Below the pieces are notes generated by a model. That model did not search any database and was not told the DNA's origin. It worked only from the letters and a program-made list of their open reading frames with translations. Below are positions 24,330-31,692 of a DNA stretch of 43,448 bases, piece after piece. The translations under genes were made by a program, and so were the position numbers. This DNA is from a virus. Taxonomy: Duplodnaviria; Caudoviricetes. Within the stretch, counting starts at the first letter, position 1; each line of letters opens with the position of its first letter. The DNA lies in IMG/VR virus record IMGVR_UViG_3300035675_000013, positions 1-43,448 of that record; one strand, 5' to 3'.

Positions 24330-25790
24330 CTACTGTTGTGTTGGTGCCTGCACTGCAGGCGATTGTTGTAGCTTTTTGCGTGCCGCAATCTCTGCAGCAG
24401 CAATAGTATCGTCTAACGAGGCAACGCCATCGCGGCGCAACTGTGTACGTACTTCCGACCACGATAGCGTGCCGGCTTGCAAATCGGCAATTAGCTGCTG
24501 CCGCTCCGCAGGCGATAGCCGATCTAGTGCCGCATTCGCGTGGATATCCACAGTGATCTCACCGCTCGCGCCTGGAATAAACTGTGATGCCCATGTCAGG
24601 GCTTGCTGGTAGCCCGATGCAACGTTGTTTGCACAAGTTGTCAGCACGGACATTTCACTCGCTGTCTCAATGCGAGCTTCGGTAGCTGTGCGCTGCACTT
24701 CGCGTGATTGAATGAGTCGCGCGCCTAGCGCAACCATTTGACGTTCTTTGTCTTGCATCGCCTCGCGCACAAGACCGTTGGGGGAAGGCTGCACAAGTTG
24801 CAACGTTGACCCCGCAGGAAGGGGCACTGCCGAGCATGAACCAAGCCTTATAGTCTTGTTTAATATGTCTTCCCACCACTCTTTGGTCATGCTCGTAACC
24901 GTAGGCGTAGGTTGGCCGCACATGAATACGGACTCCTCATAGTCCGCGCTGTTACGATAGTGCGCGATATTCATCGTCGCCAGATCTAGCATTGGCGGAT
25001 CGTCAACGCCAAGATCATTGTTTTGCGATCCGATCGCAACGAAAGGAATGTACTGTAACGGGACGCCGTTGGTATCACGCACGACAAACTGTGCTACCGC
25101 CTGTTTTCCTTTGTCACTGTCTTGGAAAATAGTGACAACATGTTGCAGCCCACCGCGCGTAGTAGGCAACAATTGCAAAACACGCCACTGCTTAGCGCGT
25201 GTCACGCTAAAACCGTCGCTTCCGATCACATCGTACGTTTCAGAAAGTACGATCAAGCACGGAACCGAACGCGCACCAATAGACATTGTACGCCAATTGA
25301 TAATGTTCTCTGGCGCATACGTTCGAATAATAGGCCGCACCCACAATCCATCCTGCATCTCGGCCCGACTGATAGTTTTGTTAACAGCAGGATAGTCTGC
25401 CAGTAAACCGCAACGGCCAAAAGCAGTCACTTGTCCAAGAACCGATTGCATCTGTTGCAACAGCGTGACCCCTGCGCCATCGACATCGACGAGCATGTCC
25501 GCTAGCGAGTCTGGCATAGTAATCGTAGGCTCATCTATAAAAGCAAGTGAGGTCAACCCGGTGTGCGTGTGGCGTGTCACATTGTAAAAGACCGCGCGTT
25601 GCAAGTACTGTAGATATCGCGTGACATTTTGCGCGCTCGTATCCGTTGGATTAGGCATCGGCAAGTATGTCACGCCGCCATCTTTGATAGCGCGCTGACC
25701 TGCAATACAATCACGTATTAGCGCCCAATCATCGAGCTTTGCGCGAACATCGTCGCGTACATAGGACACATCAGCTTGAACGGGTATCAT
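24330..25790 (-). CDS. Portal protein (DUF4055-like)
   Basis: YLPMP, YLQRAVFYN, ENIINW, PPMLDLA..NIAHYRNSADYEE and QM..LGARL motifs. Confidence 0.93.
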   Translation of the reverse strand: MIPVQADVSYVRDDVRAKLDDWALIRDCIAGQRAIKDGGVTYLPMPNPTDTSAQNVTRYLQYLQRAVFYNVTRHTHTGLTSLAFIDEPTITMPDSLADMLVDVDGAGVTLLQQMQSVLGQVTAFGRCGLLADYPAVNKTISRAEMQDGLWVRPIIRTYAPENIINWRTMSIGARSVPCLIVLSETYDVIGSDGFSVTRAKQWRVLQLLPTTRGGLQHVVTIFQDSDKGKQAVAQFVVRDTNGVPLQYIPFVAIGSQNNDLGVDDPPMLDLATMNIAHYRNSADYEESVFMCGQPTPTVTSMTKEWWEDILNKTIRLGSCSAVPLPAGSTLQLVQPSPNGLVREAMQDKERQMVALGARLIQSREVQRTATEARIETASEMSVLTTCANNVASGYQQALTWASQFIPGASGEITVDIHANAALDRLSPAERQQLIADLQAGTLSWSEVRTQLRRDGVASLDDTIAAAEIAARKKLQQSPAVQAPTQQ

Positions 25791-25796
25791 GTCTTT

Positions 25797-27350
25797 TTAC
25801 CTCACAAATTGTATGTCGAGTTTCTCAGTAAACAGAGCGGCACTGTCAAGCACCATGTATCTCTCTTCGTCGTGCAAGTGATCTTCACATTCTGTGTCTA
25901 CTTCATCAGGATGCTCCTCATCACGAGGCAGCGTCGGATTGAGCGCAATTGCCGCTCGGCAGTTGTCTGTGTAGAACAGCCCAGGCCCCTCGCCCCGACG
26001 GACGTTGTCAAGCCGTGTTCGAATCAGTTCAAGGCCTAGTTTGCGCGATCCTGGCGACTTGTTTGCGCGTGTCCAAGTGATCCCGGCTTCGGCTTCCATT
26101 TGCTTCGCGATCGAATCATTGCCAACGTTGTCCCCTTGACTGAAGATGTTGTTATCCGCAGGGCCTGCCCACACAGATTGCGAAATCCATCCCTCCGCGC
26201 GCAGCTGCCTCTCGCGCTCAGCTATACCACGCGCAACCGCACGCGCGGACAGGCGCAAGCCGATGTTTGTTCCAATCTCTTCGCTCCCGTACCACTCTGC
26301 GATGCGCACGAGCGTATTGGCAGGCGGACACCACACAGATCCATCAAGCATAGTGATGTCTTCACCGTTGGCCTTCATCCACCAACCCGCAGAAAAAGGA
26401 TGCGAGCTTCCCCAGTCGAGCGTACGATACACGCGACAGCCCTCAGGAACACGAAAGCGCGGGATAATGTGAATAGAAGGGGACCACAAATCGCCAATAG
26501 CATAACTGCCGCCGGCCAAAATATTCCAGTTACCGTCGCGCCATGCTTTTTGCTTATCCTTGTCGGTCATTCTTTCCAGACCGGCAACATATTGCGGAGC
26601 TAGGTGCTCATTCTCACGCCACGATCCGAAGATGGCTACTTGCGTGGTTGTAACAACCTCACGTTGCTGCGTCTGCGGATTGAAGACTAAAGTCGTCGTC
26701 TTTACGATCTGCCCGGGTTGCGCCACATCGATAAAGCGGCGCTTGACCCACGTATGACCGGGGCCAAAAGGATTGCCAGTAGAAAAAGTACGCAATGGAA
26801 TAGGGGGCAGCATCGTGCCAGTCTGCGCGTAGTGAGCAGTTGGCGTAAAGCCGCTACGATTACAACTCCCCATCGCATCATAAAGCGTAGGCGTCGGATA
26901 CTTCGGCAGCTCATTCCACCCGATGAACGGGAATTCTTGCCCGTGATACAACCAGTAATCCGACTCTTTCTTGATTTGGCGTATTAGCAACTCTTCACCG
27001 GACGGCCACCTCCATTTGTAGTCACTGCGACTTGCAAGAAACTCGGCACCGTCACCGCGTCCATTGAAAAGACGATGCGATTTCGCCACCAAATCGTCAA
27101 GGTTCTTGTATTCACGATCGAACACCACACCTCGCCAGTGCGATCCATATCCTGCACCAACGTAACGACGAAAAGCAATCAGCTGAGCTTCCGTACTGCC
27201 GCGACCACGTGCCCCGTGAAAGAACACGTGGTTGCACTGACACTGTATTGCGAGCAATTGCCCAGTAACACGATTGATTTGCAAACGCCAAGAACCGTCC
27301 CGATTTTGCACGGGAACGGTGCCGAGTGGTTGCCAAGCAATCGACGGCAT
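25797..27350 (-). CDS. terL: Terminase large subunit
   Basis: WRGVVFDREY, YHGQEFPFIGWNEL, TGNPFGPGHTWVK, nuclease motifs DWGSS and EDHLHDE.RY; deviant Walker A GARGRGST. Confidence 0.93.
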   Translation of the reverse strand: MPSIAWQPLGTVPVQNRDGSWRLQINRVTGQLLAIQCQCNHVFFHGARGRGSTEAQLIAFRRYVGAGYGSHWRGVVFDREYKNLDDLVAKSHRLFNGRGDGAEFLASRSDYKWRWPSGEELLIRQIKKESDYWLYHGQEFPFIGWNELPKYPTPTLYDAMGSCNRSGFTPTAHYAQTGTMLPPIPLRTFSTGNPFGPGHTWVKRRFIDVAQPGQIVKTTTLVFNPQTQQREVVTTTQVAIFGSWRENEHLAPQYVAGLERMTDKDKQKAWRDGNWNILAGGSYAIGDLWSPSIHIIPRFRVPEGCRVYRTLDWGSSHPFSAGWWMKANGEDITMLDGSVWCPPANTLVRIAEWYGSEEIGTNIGLRLSARAVARGIAERERQLRAEGWISQSVWAGPADNNIFSQGDNVGNDSIAKQMEAEAGITWTRANKSPGSRKLGLELIRTRLDNVRRGEGPGLFYTDNCRAAIALNPTLPRDEEHPDEVDTECEDHLHDEERYMVLDSAALFTEKLDIQFVR

Positions 27351-27357
27351 GCAGGTC

Positions 27358-27546
27358 CTATTTGCTGTCCGCACCCAATGTATGCGGCTGTTTCAAGAAA
27401 CTTCCTAGCGCCGCACCGGCGACCGACCATAGTAGACCTGACGCTGTCTCGTTACCCTTGCCCAGCGTGAGCGCGAGAATCGCGCAAGCAAGTCCCACGA
27501 CAACAGCAAGCGCACTCATGATCAATGCGGACCAATTTGGTTTCAT
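27358..27546 (-). CDS. Putative holin
   Basis: 62 aa with two hydrophobic helices; overlaps the endolysin stop. Confidence 0.65.
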   Translation of the reverse strand: MKPNWSALIMSALAVVVGLACAILALTLGKGNETASGLLWSVAGAALGSFLKQPHTLGADSK

Positions 27547-28154
27547 TTTGCAACTCCATTCTTGTTAATAGCAGCACGTACCATTGTGGTACGTCGCCAC
27601 AAATTGCGCAGCTTCCACGTTGTACTGTCTCCAGCGAGTTCGGTAGCATCACCAGGCGTAAACACGTAATCAGCGGCCGTGGCAAATAGACCAGCATTGC
27701 AGTAACAATGTAGCGGGTCCATTCGCGAAAACGACTGTACCCCTGCCGCAAAAACGATATCCACAAGCACGAGCTTGGCTTCGATTGGGAAACGGCCAGC
27801 TTTCGGGCAAACTGCTAGAATTGCGCGCTCACACTCCTGTATGCGCGCGTTCAATCGCCGCAGTATGTACTCCGCAGGCAATCGCACCGTACTGCAGTTG
27901 CAGTACGATTCGGGAGTTTTGCCAGAGGCGAAAGCATCGACCGCACGCGCCCACGCGACACGCTTCTCCTCGCTATCAACAGAGGCTCCGGTCGCGACAT
28001 CGACAAAAGGCATAGTAGCCGCCTGATCGCTGCTGATTTTTTCGCCGACACCAACAGTCGGCAACCCCCGAGCATCGCAGTAGATCCATGAGAAAAGACC
28101 TTCATGCTTCGTCAAGGTATCGCAAGCACATTTCAGCTCAGCGGCTACTAGCAT
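27543..28154 (-). CDS. Endolysin, T4-lysozyme-like muramidase
   Basis: HEGLFSWIYCDARGLPTVGVG has the E-x8-D-x5-T spacing of T4 lysozyme; AGGAG RBS before ATG28154. Confidence 0.8.
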   Translation of the reverse strand: MLVAAELKCACDTLTKHEGLFSWIYCDARGLPTVGVGEKISSDQAATMPFVDVATGASVDSEEKRVAWARAVDAFASGKTPESYCNCSTVRLPAEYILRRLNARIQECERAILAVCPKAGRFPIEAKLVLVDIVFAAGVQSFSRMDPLHCYCNAGLFATAADYVFTPGDATELAGDSTTWKLRNLWRRTTMVRAAINKNGVAK

Positions 28155-28162
28155 TTGTACTC

Positions 28163-28345
28163 CTATTGGCCAGGTGGTTTTTTCTTTTTGTCGGGACACG
28201 CTTCCGGAGGCAACTGTTGACCGTCCACTACAGCATACCAAGTAGCTTGCCAAGGATGCTTGGTTTTGGCGACGCAAACCCCAAGAATCTCGCCGACCGG
28301 TGCAAGAAACCTTTCGCACTCACTACACGTTGCCGGTGCTGCCAT
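28163..28345 (-). CDS. Small Cys-containing hypothetical protein
   Basis: GGAGG RBS; CSEC...C...C; fills the gap between TerS and endolysin. Confidence 0.6.
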   Translation of the reverse strand: MAAPATCSECERFLAPVGEILGVCVAKTKHPWQATWYAVVDGQQLPPEACPDKKKKPPGQ

Positions 28346-28375
28346 AGAATCAACCCTCCATTCTGTAATACCACG

Positions 28376-28951
28376 CTAAACATCAGCATCCTTCTCGACT
28401 GCATCCTTCTCGACTTCTTGCTGTAAACGAGCTTGCGCCGCCATTGCTTGCGCTTCCCATTGGTCCATCGAATCCGCTACAGGCAACAACAGCAAACCAC
28501 CGTTGACTGTCGTAGATAGCTTGGCCGGTGCTTCGTGCCCCATAAGCTTTGCTAACAAAGCCGACGCAGCCAAGCGATCGCTATGCTTGACTGTACGTTT
28601 AGTGACTAATTGCGGTTCGTCTTTATACCAGTGGTCTACAACATCCTCAGTTGACTCGTCGAACGCAATCGACTTGACGTTAAGCGCAAGCTCCGCAAAA
28701 GAGCAAATCTCATCACGCGTCAACTTCTCACGCAGTTTGGCGAAGCGCCCTCGCACGTACGGATCCACTCGCCACTTTTGCCCCTGACGTGCAGCCGCCT
28801 GCGAGCTTACCCCGGCGAAAACCGCCGCTTGCGTGCTCCCGAGCCCCATCAAAAGCCCCTCGACAAAGCGATCCATCTGCGCGCGAACCTGTGGCGAGGC
28901 ACCTTCCGAGCGAGGCACCTTCATGCGCTGATTGAGCGTGCGCCGAGGCAT
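28376..28951 (-). CDS. terS: Terminase small subunit
   Basis: HTH-like RFVEGLLMGLGSTQAAVFAG; RLAASALLAKLMG; C-terminal GGLLLLP...DQWEAQA. Confidence 0.8.
   Translation of the reverse strand: MPRRTLNQRMKVPRSEGASPQVRAQMDRFVEGLLMGLGSTQAAVFAGVSSQAAARQGQKWRVDPYVRGRFAKLREKLTRDEICSFAELALNVKSIAFDESTEDVVDHWYKDEPQLVTKRTVKHSDRLAASALLAKLMGHEAPAKLSTTVNGGLLLLPVADSMDQWEAQAMAAQARLQQEVEKDAVEKDADV
28386..28415. repeat. 15-bp perfect tandem duplication in the TerS C-terminus
   Basis: GCATCCTTCTCGACT x2 (VEKDA VEKDA). Confidence 0.9.
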
Positions 28952-28959
28952 TCTAAGCC

Positions 28960-28989
28960 AGGCTACCGCGCAAGTAACCCGGCTGTCAA
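28960..28989 (-). promoter_or_regulatory. Sigma70-like late-operon promoter
   Basis: TTGACA-18-TAGCCT, 8 nt before the terS ATG. Confidence 0.55.
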
Positions 28990-29108
28990 ATCTGTGTTTT
29001 GTCTACTATTTCATGCACAGCAAGAAATGTGACGCAATGCATGCTGTGCAAATAGCATACCGCACGCTACGCGCTATCTGCGCAGCGTGCGTGAAGGCAA
29101 GCGATAAC

Positions 29109-29276
29109 TTAGCTAACAACAACAACCGAAAACGTCAAGCTGCGAAGCTCGGGGTTTTCCTGACAAGCGTGATACCAGCGCGCAAGCATCTTCTCGGCTA
29201 GCTCGCGTGTGTTGTGCTTCGACCACGTCACGCCATCGCTGCTTACTACCGTGAATCGCTTCGTTGTTGTTGACAT
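29109..29276 (-). CDS. 55-aa hypothetical protein (not in the ORF track)
   Basis: MSTTTKRFTVVSSDGVTWSKHNTRELAEKMLARWYHACQENPELRSLTFSVVVVS; promoter immediately upstream. Confidence 0.6.
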   Translation of the reverse strand: MSTTTKRFTVVSSDGVTWSKHNTRELAEKMLARWYHACQENPELRSLTFSVVVVS

Positions 29277-29282
29277 AAATAC

Positions 29283-29310
29283 AGTCTAGTCGATGCCAGA
29301 CTATTTGCAA
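29283..29310 (-). promoter_or_regulatory. Sigma70-like promoter
   Basis: TTGCAA-16-TAGACT, 6 nt before ATG29276. Confidence 0.45.
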
Positions 29311-29388
29311 GAACTATTTGCAAATAATTAGCAGCTTAGCGCGTCACGTAACGCACTGCGATTTTTCTTGCAGTGCAATACTTTTTTG

Positions 29389-29757
29389 CTACAGTCGCCG
29401 AATTGCTAGCAGTGCTAGTGTGCCTTGCTTCCACTCTGGCGTGCGCGTGCACTCATGCGGACCACGCAGCCCACACACGCACTGCGGAGCGCTCATACCT
29501 GCTGTCAACCGCGCAGTAGCTAACGCACTTGCCGTCGTCGGCTTCTCGACATCCAACACGCGAGGTTCCACCGAAAATTTCTCACCACATTGCTGACATC
29601 GTTTGTGCCAGCGACCGGCGGTTGCACCACACTTAGCACACGTCCTCGGCTTATGTGGCGCAGGCAATGCTTTTGGCAAACGCGCGCCACACGTGCACAG
29701 TTTGCAATACGGACGCGCTTCTACTCCGCACTTTGTGCAGTAACGTTTGAGTGCCAT
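29389..29757 (-). CDS. Double zinc-ribbon protein
   Basis: CTKCG..CTCG..CAKCG..CQQCG motifs; AGGAG RBS. Confidence 0.75.
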   Translation of the reverse strand: MALKRYCTKCGVEARPYCKLCTCGARLPKALPAPHKPRTCAKCGATAGRWHKRCQQCGEKFSVEPRVLDVEKPTTASALATARLTAGMSAPQCVCGLRGPHECTRTPEWKQGTLALLAIRRL

Positions 29758-30201
29758 CTAGCTACTCCTACTCAACGATTGCTTTAAGCAAGCTGCGAAA
29801 TATAGACTGAAATCGTCAAACGACAAATCAGCCACTACAACAGTCAACACACCAACAGCAGCTTGCACATAGCAACGTGCGCGCCATTTCCGCCCGTTCT
29901 GCCGGTAGATAAGCACAGGCATTTGACAAGGACGAGCTTGCTCCGTGCATTGCTTCCACCAAGCGTCAAGCTGTAGCGTCTCGCATCTCTTGACTTCGAT
30001 AGCGAGCCAATCGATTCCGCAAATGTCGCAGCCTCCGCCGTCAGCTTGAGTGCTGCTAGTTCGTTTGAGCTGCGGTGTGATCTGCTCAATATTCAGTGCG
30101 TTGGGATAAGCAGACTGATACACACGATTGACCACAATCTGCAACAAGTCGATTACTTCGCGCTCACCGCGAGCCCCTTTGTCACGTGCCATTTTACCCA
30201 T
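29758..30201 (-). CDS. PD-(D/E)XK nuclease, Holliday junction resolvase-like
   Basis: ARDKGARGERE...GCDI...IEVKRCE...WWKQ...PVLIYR..G.KW. Confidence 0.8.
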   Translation of the reverse strand: MGKMARDKGARGEREVIDLLQIVVNRVYQSAYPNALNIEQITPQLKRTSSTQADGGGCDICGIDWLAIEVKRCETLQLDAWWKQCTEQARPCQMPVLIYRQNGRKWRARCYVQAAVGVLTVVVADLSFDDFSLYFAACLKQSLSRSS

Positions 30202-30206
30202 GTTGC

Positions 30207-30488
30207 TTACTCCTTAATGCGCTTAATCAAATAATTCTTGGCCGCCATTTGACTGCTACTGCGCAGCTTTTCAACTGCAAGCATGTAGCCTTGCAAATGC
30301 TCTCTACACAACACTGTGCCTTCAACACCTTCGCTGCTACACAGCTTGCAAAATACACGCTTTTTCTCCCCCACAGTCAACTGCGGGTTACCAAAGCCCG
30401 CTTCTCCGGTGGCCACGACTGGTGACTTATTGTAGGCATTATGCTCGGCACAAGGACGACCGGGTTCGCATTTGCATCCGCTATCCAT
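30207..30488 (-). CDS. Hypothetical Cys-rich protein
   Basis: CKC..C..H and CKLC..C..H; overlaps the upstream gene. Confidence 0.6.
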   Translation of the reverse strand: MDSGCKCEPGRPCAEHNAYNKSPVVATGEAGFGNPQLTVGEKKRVFCKLCSSEGVEGTVLCREHLQGYMLAVEKLRSSSQMAAKNYLIKRIKE

Positions 30489-30678
30489 GTTGCTTCCTCG
30501 CTTCAATTAGCTGTTGATTTTCCTCTTCTGTAATTTGGTTGCAACGATCCTGCCACAGCTTGTCGGTTACTGTAATCATGCGCTCAATTGTTTCGCGCAT
30601 ACTGTGAAGTTCGTGATTAATCATTAGAATACGTTGCACAGTTGAGTCAGTTTGCTGCGTTGTGGGTCGATAGCTCAT
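30481..30678 (-). CDS. Hypothetical coiled-coil protein
   Basis: AGGAGG RBS. Confidence 0.65.
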   Translation of the reverse strand: MSYRPTTQQTDSTVQRILMINHELHSMRETIERMITVTDKLWQDRCNQITEEENQQLIEARKQHG

Positions 30679-30970
30679 TGATTCCTCCTGTTAGCAATTC
30701 GAGTTCAATCCTAGCATACAAGGCGAGGGCGATGTCGAGCAGATTCGGCGTCCGATTGACCACGCAGACGCTGTTCATTGCGGTCGTGTGGTCCCGGCCT
30801 CCCATCTCTGCACCGATCGCTGGATAGCTCAATCCATACAAGCGTAAGAGCCACGCAAGCACATGTCGAGGATTAGCATAGAATCTGCGTGAGCCAAAGT
30901 GTATTAGATGCTTTCGGTTCACACTAAAGTGTTCAGCTACTAGGTCCTTCGCAATGTCAGTGTATTTCAT
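30647..30970 (-). CDS. Stand-alone DnaA C-terminal (domain IV) HTH protein
   Basis: PRHVLAWLLR...LSYPAIG..MGGRDHTTAM matches the DnaA domain IV signature (GGRDHTTV). Confidence 0.85.
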   Translation of the reverse strand: MKYTDIAKDLVAEHFSVNRKHLIHFGSRRFYANPRHVLAWLLRLYGLSYPAIGAEMGGRDHTTAMNSVCVVNRTPNLLDIALALYARIELELLTGGINELSTHNAAN

Positions 30971-31392
30971 GAGGTCTCCTCAGTGTCCACATAGACTAGC
31001 ACATTCGGATCGTAAAGTGGTGCGCCGAAGTTGTCTCGTCTGTGCACGCCATCTTTCCGATTGCACCACCTGCACAGTAAGCGAAGGTTGCCATTGCGCC
31101 AGTCTGCAAAGTAGCGGAGGGCGCGGTTACGTGCATTCTGATCGCGTATCATCCATGTCGACCCCCACGGATGGTCAAACTGCAAGTTATTTGTTGTACC
31201 GCAAATGCAGCAATGCCCTCCCATTACACGCACAAGGAAAGCTCGCATCATCTTGTAGCGATACTTCCACTTGCTGTCATAGCGACGACGATACAGTCGA
31301 TTTTGCTCCGCACGTACTTTGCTGTACAAATACGCTAGTTGCTGTTTGGTCACAATTAGGCACTTTCTGCAGGGGTGAGAACTATTTAGCAT
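30967..31392 (-). CDS. HNH endonuclease
   Basis: CCICG...LQFDH...NLRLLCRWCN. Confidence 0.85.
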   Translation of the reverse strand: MLNSSHPCRKCLIVTKQQLAYLYSKVRAEQNRLYRRRYDSKWKYRYKMMRAFLVRVMGGHCCICGTTNNLQFDHPWGSTWMIRDQNARNRALRYFADWRNGNLRLLCRWCNRKDGVHRRDNFGAPLYDPNVLVYVDTEETS

Positions 31393-31560
31393 TTCACCCC
31401 TATAAAAACCCCTATAAAAACCCCTATATAATAGAAAAAAAGAGAGTATTTATGATATACTATGTTACATTTATGCTTGTTTGCATAGTAGGGGTGAAGG
31501 GGTAGGGGGGACACACCCCTAGCTCCGGGCCAAGGGTACCCCCCCGAAATCTCACCCCTA
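31371..31560. repeat. Putative replication origin with ACCCCTA iterons around an AT-rich core
   Basis: ACCCCTATAAAA tandem at 31396-31428; further ACCCCT copies in both orientations at ~31371, 31489, 31498, 31515 and 31554; AT-rich 31425-31485; next to the primase gene. Confidence 0.65.
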
Positions 31561-31611
31561 CTCGGTTCAGCGCGTCACGCATAAATGTAGTACTTTTACC
31601 ACTTTTATGCA

Positions 31612-31653
31612 TTGACGCATTCGCGTCAAACTGTCGATGACGCATTCGCGTTA
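31612..31653. promoter_or_regulatory. Tandem palindromic operator-like sites
   Basis: TTGACGC-ATTC-GCGTCAA (31612-31629) and TGACGCATTCGCGTTA (31638-31653). Confidence 0.55.
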
Positions 31654-31692
31654 CTTTAAGCTCTACTTTGCAACTCATTTGCACAAACATAG

